Sequence record: PP526941.1
Reading direction: 5' to 3' (one strand)
Source: Escherichia phage vB_EcoM_ECO78
Length of the DNA stretch: 64,000 nt
Part shown: positions 35,390 to 43,456 of the stretch, in pieces
How positions within the stretch are numbered: the stretch's first letter is position 1
Layout of the letters: every line of letters starts with the position of its first letter
Made by a program: the position numbers and the translations under genes
Notes under the pieces: model-generated
Told to the model about the DNA's origin: nothing
The model's input: the letters and a program-made list of their open reading frames with translations, nothing else
Database searches by the model: none

Positions 35390-35656
35390 TGTTTGTACGA
35401 AACGCCGGGATTCGAACCCGGTTACCAAGCAGTTGACGCTACTCAATATTTTTAAAAGGCCATATCTCGACCATATCCGAACGTTCCGTCAAAAACGCTA
35501 CTCGGCTTACGGCAAAGATATTTCCTCGAATCGATAATTCGGTGCGCCGTTTCTGCTGTGATGTAAGGGGGCATTAACCGATCGCAAAGATTTGTTAATG
35601 CCAGTCCTTACCCAGGGAACATCAGTCCGACGACTTACCGGTAGCGACCCGGTTTC
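35390..35656 (-). ncRNA. Putative small stable RNA(s), tRNA-like 3-prime module (T4 species 1/2 RNA-like)
   Basis: About 265-nt ORF-free, GC-richer segment at the distal end of the tRNA cluster; hairpins ACCGG/CCGGT and CATTAAC/GTTAATG; T-arm-like CCGGGTTCGAATCCCGG with acceptor-like CGGAACG/CGTTTCG. Confidence 0.4.
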
Positions 35657-36007
35657 TTAATATTCTTTTAAAGCATCAATCTGTTCACGGCGTTTACGCC
35701 ATAAATCAATTGCTTCATACGCAGATTCAGCATTTCGAATTAGCCGACATTTATATAAAGACTTATGATTTTGATATTGTGTAGATAACGGAATTTTATC
35801 TAAAAGGTCTTTACGTTCAAAATATTCGTAACCATCTAAACCAAATGAACGATTTTTAAGAAATTGCCAATGTCCAAATTCGTTTTCAACATAAACATAA
35901 TCTGCATGCTGATAAAGTAAATTAATTACACGTTCAGAAATAACAGTATCATTATGATTAAAATAGAATGTTAAATCATGAACTACTAAATAAACATTAC
36001 CTTTCAT
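35657..36007 (-). CDS. Hypothetical protein (116 aa) inside the RNA gene cluster
   Basis: ATG 18 nt downstream of tRNA-Arg 3-prime end with SD GAGGAAAAT. Confidence 0.55.
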   Translation of the reverse strand: MKGNVYLVVHDLTFYFNHNDTVISERVINLLYQHADYVYVENEFGHWQFLKNRSFGLDGYEYFERKDLLDKIPLSTQYQNHKSLYKCRLIRNAESAYEAIDLWRKRREQIDALKEY

Positions 36008-36025
36008 ATTTTCCTCACTTATAAT

Positions 36026-36101
36026 TGGTCGAGGCAGTAGGGATCGAACCTACGACCCAGGACTTAGAAGGTCCTTGCTCTTCCTTCTGAGCTATGCCCC
36101 G
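36026..36101 (-). tRNA. tRNA-Arg (anticodon UCU)
   Basis: 76 nt; cloverleaf by eye: acceptor CGGGGCA/TGCCTCG, anticodon loop CTTCTAA, T-loop GGTTCGATCC, encoded CCA. Confidence 0.8.
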
Positions 36102-36105
36102 TAAT

Positions 36106-36181
36106 TGGGGTGACCGATGGGAGTCGAACCCATGACTACGAGAATCACAATCTCGAGTTCTACCAACTAAACTACGGCCAC
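36106..36181 (-). tRNA. tRNA-His (anticodon GUG)
   Basis: 76 nt; acceptor GTGGCCG/CGGTCAC, anticodon loop TTGTGAT, T-loop GGTTCGACTCC, encoded CCA. Confidence 0.75.
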
Positions 36182-36294
36182 ATTAATACCTACTCCAACA
36201 ATCAAGATGTCTTCACACGAAATTAAGAGAAGAGTGATCAGTTCAACCCTATAATCGCGTCAAGTAGATATTAATGTGACAGTTGTCACAAATT

Positions 36295-36369
36295 TGGCGG
36301 ACGTGATAGGATTCGAACCTATAACCAATCGCTTAACAGGCGATCGCTCTGCCATTGAGCTACACATCC
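36295..36369 (-). tRNA. tRNA-Asn (anticodon GUU)
   Basis: 75 nt; acceptor GGATGTG/CACGTCC, anticodon loop CTGTTAA, T-loop GGTTCGAATCC, encoded CCA. Confidence 0.8.
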
Positions 36370-36373
36370 AAAT

Positions 36374-36460
36374 TGGTGGGGAGTGATGGAGTCGAACCAC
36401 CCGAGTCGCAATGACAATGGATTTACAGTCCACACCGCTACCTCTACGGGATAACTCCCC
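36374..36460 (-). tRNA. tRNA-Tyr (anticodon GUA), long variable arm
   Basis: 87 nt; acceptor GGGGAGT/ACTCCCC, anticodon loop CTGTAAA, T-loop GGTTCGACTCC, encoded CCA. Confidence 0.75.
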
Positions 36461-36473
36461 TTAATTCTTAATT

Positions 36474-36548
36474 TGGTGGCCCTGGGTGGAATTGAACCAC
36501 CATCTGGCGATTATGAGTCGCTTGCTTGAACCTTCCAGCTACAGGGCC
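36474..36548 (-). tRNA. tRNA with anticodon CAU (Ile2-like or Met)
   Basis: 75 nt; anticodon stem-loop GCGACTCATAATCGC resembles tRNA-Ile2 (lysidine type); T-loop GGTTCAATTCC; encoded CCA. Confidence 0.7.
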
Positions 36549-36556
36549 AAATTTTC

Positions 36557-37039
36557 TTATTTTATGTAATATTTATTTAAAAACTTTCTAGCTTGAGTAT
36601 GGCTAACATTTATAGCGTTTGCATAATTTTTAATAAAACCTCGTTCATCCATATTAAAATTTTCTAATATTTTTAATCGTCTAGTTATCTCATCTTGACT
36701 TAAGGTACTTGCATTATTTTTAGAAATTTTTTCTAAGGACTGTGCCGAGTGTTTTCTACCATTAAAATTAAAATTTTTAGATTTTGGAGGAAATCTAGCA
36801 TTTAATCTCGCATCTTTTGTATTTTGATTATTAGTTGCGCAATATATGTTATTTAATGAATATGGTCCTTTATCGCCGAAACGGCACATGCAGTATTCAT
36901 GACCCTTTCTTCCACGCTTATCATAATTTCCCGTCGATTTCCACCAATGCAGCCATTCATCAAAAGTTAAATTCCATTCAATGTTTCTACGTATAGCAGA
37001 ATTCCGCTGAGAAATATATTTTGCATAATCTTCTTTCAT
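36557..37039 (-). CDS. Putative HNH-like homing endonuclease / DNA-binding protein with NUMOD3 motif
   Basis: 160 aa; motif GRKHSAQSLEKISKNNAS (NUMOD3-like), C-terminal HTH-like tail, N-terminal His/Cys/Asn cluster; inserted between tRNA-Ser and the CAU tRNA. Confidence 0.55.
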   Translation of the reverse strand: MKEDYAKYISQRNSAIRRNIEWNLTFDEWLHWWKSTGNYDKRGRKGHEYCMCRFGDKGPYSLNNIYCATNNQNTKDARLNARFPPKSKNFNFNGRKHSAQSLEKISKNNASTLSQDEITRRLKILENFNMDERGFIKNYANAINVSHTQARKFLNKYYIK

Positions 37040-37086
37040 CACAAATTTCTCTACTTATTCAATACACTGAGCTAAATCAGCAAAAC

Positions 37087-37176
37087 TGGCGGAGGCGATA
37101 GGATTTGAACCTATGAGTCGCCGGAGCGACTGCCGGTTTTCAAGACCGGTGCATTAAACCACTCTGCCACGCCTCC
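37087..37176 (-). tRNA. tRNA-Ser (anticodon UGA), long variable arm
   Basis: 90 nt; acceptor GGAGGCG/CGCCTCC, anticodon loop CTTGAAA, T-loop GGTTCAAATCC, encoded CCA. Confidence 0.8.
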
Positions 37177-37178
37177 AG

Positions 37179-37252
37179 TCTCCATACAAGGATTTGAACC
37201 TTGGACCTCCTGATCCCAAATCAGGCGCTCTACCAAACTGAGCTACACGGAG
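37179..37252 (-). tRNA. tRNA-Pro (anticodon UGG)
   Basis: 74 nt; D-arm GCTCAGTTTGGTAGAGC, anticodon loop TTTGGGA, T-loop GGTTCAAATCC; CCA not encoded. Confidence 0.8.
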
Positions 37253-37262
37253 TAAATTAAAT

Positions 37263-37336
<74 letters not shown>

Positions 37337-37341
37337 AAATT

Positions 37342-37428
37342 TGGTGCGAGAAGTGGGACTCGAACCCACAAGGAAATCATTCCGCAGCATTTTAAGTGCT
37401 GTGCCTTTACCAATTTGACCATTCTCGC
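37342..37428 (-). tRNA. tRNA-Leu (anticodon UAA), long variable arm
   Basis: 87 nt; acceptor GCGAGAA/TTCTCGC, anticodon loop CTTAAAA, T-loop GGTTCGAGTCC, encoded CCA. Confidence 0.8.
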
Positions 37429-37429
37429 G

Positions 37430-37502
37430 CTGGGAATAAAGGACTCGAACCTTTGCATCCTGGAATCAAAATCCAGTGCCTTACCAACTTGGCTAATTCC
37501 CA
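37430..37502 (-). tRNA. tRNA-Gln (anticodon UUG)
   Basis: 73 nt; acceptor TGGGAAT/ATTCCCA, anticodon loop TTTTGAT, T-loop GGTTCGAGTCC; CCA not encoded. Confidence 0.8.
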
Positions 37503-37588
37503 ATTATTAACAAAGGCTCTCAAACAAGAACCCTTGATGATAGAGGGTATTAATCAGTGCGGTATGAATTAATAATAACAAATAATTC

Positions 37589-38113
37589 TTAAAGCAAATT
37601 AAACATTTTAACGGTCGGCAAAACAATTTCTTCTTCTATATAAGAGTATTTAACACTCTCAACTACACGCAAAAAATCATAATCATAATACTCAGAAGCA
37701 TTACCTAAAATATTAATAAGTCCTTCAAGCACTTTATTACCATTCGCAAAGAATAAGTCAAATACACGTTCTTCGTCTTCTTCGGATTTATTACCAAGGT
37801 CAACTTCTATATCAAATACCTTTTTAATGAATTCTGGATAAAGTTGTTCTGAGAACAGTCCTTCAACCAAGTATTCATAAATAAAAAGCGATTGCTCGCT
37901 GAACAAGCCATTACCACAATAGCGTTCAGCTTTAGTACTAGAATGTCTGCTTTTAAACTTCTTTAAAAGATATTGGAATTGTAAGATTTCATGCTCTTCT
38001 ACGCCAAACAATGTTTTGGTTTTATAGTTATCACCGTCATTTTCCCAGGTAGTGACATCAATTACGTAACCCTGCGGAATTGTAGTACCTAAACAAATAT
38101 TCATTTTCACCAC
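37589..38113 (-). CDS. Hypothetical acidic protein (174 aa)
   Basis: ORF upstream of the tRNA cluster. Confidence 0.55.
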   Translation of the reverse strand: MVKMNICLGTTIPQGYVIDVTTWENDGDNYKTKTLFGVEEHEILQFQYLLKKFKSRHSSTKAERYCGNGLFSEQSLFIYEYLVEGLFSEQLYPEFIKKVFDIEVDLGNKSEEDEERVFDLFFANGNKVLEGLINILGNASEYYDYDFLRVVESVKYSYIEEEIVLPTVKMFNLL

Positions 38114-38397
38114 GCTGCATTAATATAAGTATATTTAATACATTCAAGACCCAAAGGATTCTTGAAAATATCATATTCAAGAGGACCTTTTTCTGTTTCG
38201 ATAAAGAAATCAAAATTTACTGTATTAAATTTACGGTCTTCCTTCACTAATTTAACTTGAGAAGATGAACGGTCAATGTAAACCTTTTCAACTTCAAAAC
38301 ATGTTAAAATGCCATAATCATCAATCAAGGCTTTAGCCGCGTCTTGATCATATTTATATCCATTTTCAATGGACGATACTTTCGCATAAAGAATCAT
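38107..38397 (-). CDS. Hypothetical protein (96 aa)
   Basis: ORF. Confidence 0.5.
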   Translation of the reverse strand: MILYAKVSSIENGYKYDQDAAKALIDDYGILTCFEVEKVYIDRSSSQVKLVKEDRKFNTVNFDFFIETEKGPLEYDIFKNPLGLECIKYTYINAAW

Positions 38398-38399
38398 TA

Positions 38400-38810
38400 T
38401 TAACCTTTATCAACAATAGTATGAGTATGGGCATTTACAATTTGCCACCAGTCGAAACTATCGCCAAATCGTTTTGATTTATTGTCTTCAATAATTTGGC
38501 GTAATTCATCTTCTGTTTCAGCATACGCAATCAAATCATCATATCCACCACAAGGATAGTAATTATCGCCTGCGAACAAAAGAAAATTTACTTTAGATGG
38601 GTCTACATAATAATGCTCTTTAGGATATTTAGTTCCTTTCCAATCAGTTACTTCAACATAACGGTAAGAAAATCCATTTTTACTTTCAACCCAACTCCAC
38701 GCTTCAAAAGGAGTATTAAAAACTTTATCAGGTATTAAATTACCTTCAAAATGAGAAGGATTTGCATAATCCCCAGCATAAACATAGTATTCGTTAATGT
38801 TAATACTCAT
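38400..38810 (-). CDS. Hypothetical protein (136 aa), Tyr/Trp-rich
   Basis: ORF. Confidence 0.55.
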   Translation of the reverse strand: MSININEYYVYAGDYANPSHFEGNLIPDKVFNTPFEAWSWVESKNGFSYRYVEVTDWKGTKYPKEHYYVDPSKVNFLLFAGDNYYPCGGYDDLIAYAETEDELRQIIEDNKSKRFGDSFDWWQIVNAHTHTIVDKG

Positions 38811-38996
38811 CTATTCACCTTTAGAAATTTTATCCATAACGATAGCAATTAAACCAATTAAAAATGCTACTACAAGTGAAAACACGTTTTCTGCTGTAGT
38901 CAATAATCCGCATATAAATCCAACAAACATTGAAAAACTAAAAGCAGAAGCAGAAATTGCAATAGCAACATTTCGAATTAATTCACAACGTTTCAT
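38811..38996 (-). CDS. Small membrane protein (61 aa)
   Basis: Two hydrophobic segments; downstream of early promoter. Confidence 0.5.
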   Translation of the reverse strand: MKRCELIRNVAIAISASAFSFSMFVGFICGLLTTAENVFSLVVAFLIGLIAIVMDKISKGE

Positions 38997-39024
38997 TTTA
39001 TTCTCCTCGGTAGTTGATAGGGTA

Positions 39025-39054
39025 ATAGTATCACAACTAAAACCCTATGTAAAC
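39025..39054 (-). promoter_or_regulatory. Early promoter
   Basis: Minus strand GTTTAC - 18 nt - TACTAT, then conserved TACCCTATCAACTAC block. Confidence 0.6.
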
Positions 39055-39072
39055 AACTTTGTGAAATATTTA

Positions 39073-39360
39073 TTACAAAAGATTTTTAGCAATAATCTTG
39101 AGATGTGCCGCAGAAATGTGTTTAGCTTTAAACAACGCAGTTTCTTCAGCAGGAGAGATAACGATTGTAGCACCATCCTTTTTAGCAGACCACCCATCAC
39201 CTAGGTAAACAGTACCTTTGATTTCTTCGCCATCAACCAAACTAATCATTGGTTTACCTTCTCGTCCTTTATTTGCTTTAATAACTTCAGAAGTAAGAGT
39301 AGCTTCAGTAATAGTAGAAACCGGGATAGTTGTAGAAGTAAATTCTTTGAAAGTTTTCAT
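39073..39360 (-). CDS. Internal-protein-like protein at the ipI locus (CTS), 95 aa
   Basis: CTS-like N-terminus MKTFKEFTSTT; same size and position as T4 IPI but different body sequence by recall. Confidence 0.6.
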   Translation of the reverse strand: MKTFKEFTSTTIPVSTITEATLTSEVIKANKGREGKPMISLVDGEEIKGTVYLGDGWSAKKDGATIVISPAEETALFKAKHISAAHLKIIAKNLL

Positions 39361-39390
39361 TTTATTTTCCTAATTAATTTTGATGAGATA

Positions 39391-39420
39391 ATAGTATCAC
39401 TACCTCATCAGTATGTAAAC
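39391..39420 (-). promoter_or_regulatory. Early promoter upstream of ipI-like gene
   Basis: Minus strand GTTTAC - 18 nt - TACTAT. Confidence 0.65.
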
Positions 39421-39432
39421 AACTTTGTGAAA

Positions 39433-40129
<697 letters not shown>

Positions 40130-40130
<1 letters not shown>

Positions 40131-40855
40131 TATAGTACCTTTAGTGTATTTTTAATTTTAGAAAAAAGTTCTTCAAGAGAACCATCGTTTGTAATTACTA
40201 AATCGCCATCACGAATTGGCAATCCAGCTTCTGTAATATGTGTATCATTGGATTTTTGACCAGGACGAACTACATGAATTACTGTAGCACCCATCGCCCT
40301 AGCCGCATCCATTTCATGATCTTGACGGGTATCAGGAACGATATAATAATCATAACCTGAGTTAAATTTATCAAGATAATCTAAAGCAAATAATTTTACC
40401 CAATACATGCGGTCGAAGTTATTAACAATCAAATCCGTACCTAGGGCTTGCATCAGACGACGGACTGACCATTGATCTTCAATATTATTTATAACGTCAG
40501 CAATCTTGTTAAATGCTACGAAAGTAACTGATTCTTTTCCTTCGTCATCAAAAACAAACACGCCTTTAATTGGGCTTTTACTATTAAGATAGCAAAATGC
40601 TTGTTCCATAATCGTAATTACTTCTAATTTAGTCAGATTTAAATTAGTCTCACGATCATAGTCAATTCCTTCAAACTCTCTACGAGTTAAGCAAGGATAA
40701 TCAGTGTTTGCTGCAAATACGCCCCATGCATAAGCCAATGCATCCTTAATAGGACCAGCAAGTTGGTATTTAATTGCAGAATAATTGCTCATGATAAAAT
40801 CGGCAGTAGTATCTTTTCCACTACGCTTTACACCGCTTAAAAAGATTAGTTTCAT
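40130..40855 (-). CDS. 1: dNMP (deoxynucleoside monophosphate) kinase gp1
   Basis: 241 aa from ATG with SD GAGGAG (MKLIFLSGVKRSGKDT...); P-loop GVKRSGKD. Confidence 0.9.
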
Positions 40856-40880
40856 GTGTTTCTCCTCAAATTTAATTAAG

Positions 40881-40908
40881 ATTATAACACACAAAACTGA
40901 AGCATTAA
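40881..40908 (-). promoter_or_regulatory. Middle promoter (MotA box) upstream of gene 1
   Basis: Minus strand TAATGCTTCA (MotA-box consensus) - 11 nt - TATAAT. Confidence 0.5.
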
Positions 40909-41435
40909 ACTTCTGCTATAATTTTTCCATCTTTTTCTACTTGAAAATAGGTGTAAGGAATCGTTGCTGTACATACTAAAGCCGGGTCTGAATCTTCTGT
41001 ATAGCTAAATTCTACTTCAGACAGGTCAGAAACCCAAGGCTTATAAAAATTTATTGACATCACGATTTCAGTTTTGCTATTATCTAAGATGTAAAGCGTA
41101 ATGTACTCAGGACCTGTTTTTTGGGAAGTATTTTCACCTGTAAGATAGTTGCTAGTTCCTAGCATCCATTCATACATTCCTATCCACGACTTAAGTTCTT
41201 CATCAACTATAAATCTCACGATGAGTGGATCGTACTCAAATGTAGCACCTGGACGTTGTGCTCGGCCCAGTCCAAACGGCCCAGTCACGGTATCAGTAAC
41301 AGGTATTCTAATTCCTGGAATAGGAACTGACTGAGCATTTAAAGTAAAAGCAGATGTAGTATTACTATGTGGTATTGATACTACAAAGTTAGTTGTATTT
41401 GCTTGGTTAAAAATTTGTTGCAGAGCTTGCGACAT
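40905..41435 (-). CDS. 3: Tail completion / sheath stabiliser protein gp3
   Basis: 176 aa from ATG with SD GAGGAA (MSQALQQIFNQ...); position between genes 2 and 1. Confidence 0.8.
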   Translation of the reverse strand: MSQALQQIFNQANTTNFVVSIPHSNTTSAFTLNAQSVPIPGIRIPVTDTVTGPFGLGRAQRPGATFEYDPLIVRFIVDEELKSWIGMYEWMLGTSNYLTGENTSQKTGPEYITLYILDNSKTEIVMSINFYKPWVSDLSEVEFSYTEDSDPALVCTATIPYTYFQVEKDGKIIAEV

Positions 41436-41541
41436 ATATTCCTCATAATGCTTTATAACTGTTGGTGGTATAATGGGTCTAAGTCCCTTCCATTCAATTC
41501 CATTTAGAACAAACAACAGAAAAGAATGGAAGATAATAGAA

Positions 41542-42366
41542 TTAAATATTTGACCAGACTTTGTTTGCAGAGAAACGTTTTCCTTTTGAAACGAACTGCT
41601 GAAGTGGCATTAACACAACGTTCGCCCAGTCTTTCGGGGCGATTTCAACAAGGCTACCCATAATATTACCGGGTATATATGCCTTAATCATTTGGTCTGC
41701 ACCCCTAAATCCTTTCACTTGACTCCAATCAATTTTTAATTTCGTTTTATTAGTAATAGTAGGTGTATTTGAATATTGCTTTAAAAGCTCTTCTAGGAAT
41801 TGCTGACGAGCTTTAGGTGGAATATAGTGCAAGTTTAATCCGTACATTAAATTATGCTTACCTAAACCAAGGTAAATTATCAAAGGAAATTTATCCCAGT
41901 AAGGAAGAGTTTCCTTGTGTTTAGCATCATAAGCAAAAGCATATATTCGTCCCGGCTGCGGGCGAACAACTTTATGTCCTTTTACTTGCTTAATAGTTTC
42001 AGCAAACCACTTTCTAGTTTTATTATTAATTGCTGCGCCTTCATTACGAATTTTATCACGCAATGTTTGCCTGAATGAATTTATCATAAGCAGTTGTCTT
42101 TCTTGCTTATTGAGTTTATTCATTGGTTTTGATTCAAGCTTTTGAATCTTTTCAGCTGTTTTAATTCCTGAAGCATATTTTGACATTGCTGAAGTAAACG
42201 TAGAGTATTTTATTCCTCTTTCTTCAGCAAATTGCTTTCCTGTCATTCCTTTTGCTTTGGCCTTTTTATATTCAAGACCTATCTGAATCCATTTCTTTTC
42301 GTTTAATGATTGCTTAACCTTTGGAACTTGGGGAGTGCTTTCATTAATTATTTGAAAAATAGCCAT
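41542..42366 (-). CDS. 2: DNA end protector protein gp2
   Basis: 274 aa, same length as T4 gp2; basic N-terminal half; overlaps gp4 stop. Confidence 0.85.
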   Translation of the reverse strand: MAIFQIINESTPQVPKVKQSLNEKKWIQIGLEYKKAKAKGMTGKQFAEERGIKYSTFTSAMSKYASGIKTAEKIQKLESKPMNKLNKQERQLLMINSFRQTLRDKIRNEGAAINNKTRKWFAETIKQVKGHKVVRPQPGRIYAFAYDAKHKETLPYWDKFPLIIYLGLGKHNLMYGLNLHYIPPKARQQFLEELLKQYSNTPTITNKTKLKIDWSQVKGFRGADQMIKAYIPGNIMGSLVEIAPKDWANVVLMPLQQFVSKGKRFSANKVWSNI

Positions 42367-42818
42367 TATGCCCCCTTAAAGCCAAGAGCTCGTAATCCAT
42401 CTTCTGTTAGAATTCTAAATTTTATTCCACGCTTTTCAGCTAAAGATTGTGCTGCTTTCCATTTGTCAGTATTAACAGAATATGTATAAATTTCATTCAT
42501 AAATCTTTTCTTCGCTGCGGTTGTTAGATGTGCTGGTTTAACTGGTGGTTGTGTTTCTTTTTTAGGTTTTATTTCAATGAAAAATTCTTGTCCAGAAGAA
42601 TCTTTCATCCAAATATCCATGAAGTATCTACGTTTTTTCCCTTCTGCATTACAAAAATAAGGAATTACTGCTGTTTCACTACCCCATGCAATAATTTCTG
42701 GATTTTTATCTAACCATTCAAAAAAGAATTTTTCCCAATTTGATCTATACGTAATTTTTTTAGGGTCACCTCTATATTTTGATATATTTTTAGGAACCCA
42801 TTTTCCAGAATATGCCAT
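42366..42818 (-). CDS. 4: Head completion protein gp4
   Basis: 150 aa; position and size as T4 gp4; late promoter upstream. Confidence 0.85.
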   Translation of the reverse strand: MAYSGKWVPKNISKYRGDPKKITYRSNWEKFFFEWLDKNPEIIAWGSETAVIPYFCNAEGKKRRYFMDIWMKDSSGQEFFIEIKPKKETQPPVKPAHLTTAAKKRFMNEIYTYSVNTDKWKAAQSLAEKRGIKFRILTEDGLRALGFKGA

Positions 42819-42829
42819 TGGATTCTCCT

Positions 42830-42837
42830 TATAAATA
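42830..42837 (+). promoter_or_regulatory. Late promoter TATAAATA for gene 53
   Basis: Exact TATAAATA on plus strand about 29 nt before gp53 ATG. Confidence 0.6.
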
Positions 42838-42844
42838 GATAATA

Positions 42845-42852
42845 TATTTATA
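42845..42852 (-). promoter_or_regulatory. Late promoter TATAAATA for gene 4 (divergent)
   Basis: Exact TATAAATA on minus strand about 27 nt upstream of gp4 ATG. Confidence 0.6.
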
Positions 42853-42865
42853 AACAGGAGGGCCC

Positions 42866-43456
42866 ATGCTCTTTACATTTTTTGATCCGATTGAATATGC
42901 GGCCAAAACGGTGAATAAAAACGCGCCGACTATTCCTATGACAGATATTTTTAGAAACTATAAAGACTATTTCAAACGTGCTCTTGCGGGATACCGCTTA
43001 CGTACTTATTATATCAAAGGTTCACCACGCCCGGAAGAATTAGCAAATGCTATATATGGAAATCCGCAGTTGTATTGGGTTTTATTGATGTGTAATGATA
43101 ATTATGATCCATATTATGGATGGATTACTTCACAAGAAGCAGCTTATCAAGCATCTATACAAAAATACAAAAATGTAGGTGGAGACCAAATAGTATATCA
43201 CGTGAATGAGAATGGTGAAAAATTTTATAATTTAGTATCATACGATGATAATCCACATGTTTGGTATGACAAAGGCGATAAAGCTAGAAAATATCCTCAA
43301 TATGAAGGAGCACTTGCTGCTGTCGATACGTATGAAGCGGCTGTTCTTGAAAATGAAAAACTTCGTCAAATAAAAATAATAGCAAAATCAGACATCAATT
43401 CATTTATGAACGACCTTATACGTATAATGGAGAAATCTTATGGAAATGATAAGTAA
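42866..43456 (+). CDS. 53: Baseplate wedge protein gp53
   Basis: 196 aa, first plus-strand late gene; size and synteny as T4 gp53. Confidence 0.85.
   Translation: MLFTFFDPIEYAAKTVNKNAPTIPMTDIFRNYKDYFKRALAGYRLRTYYIKGSPRPEELANAIYGNPQLYWVLLMCNDNYDPYYGWITSQEAAYQASIQKYKNVGGDQIVYHVNENGEKFYNLVSYDDNPHVWYDKGDKARKYPQYEGALAAVDTYEAAVLENEKLRQIKIIAKSDINSFMNDLIRIMEKSYGNDK

Noticed and set aside
38797-39204. Plus-strand ORF (135 aa) spanning the small membrane gene, promoter and ipI-like gene
   Set aside because: Crosses a promoter and two minus-strand genes; no start context; all neighbours are minus-strand early genes.
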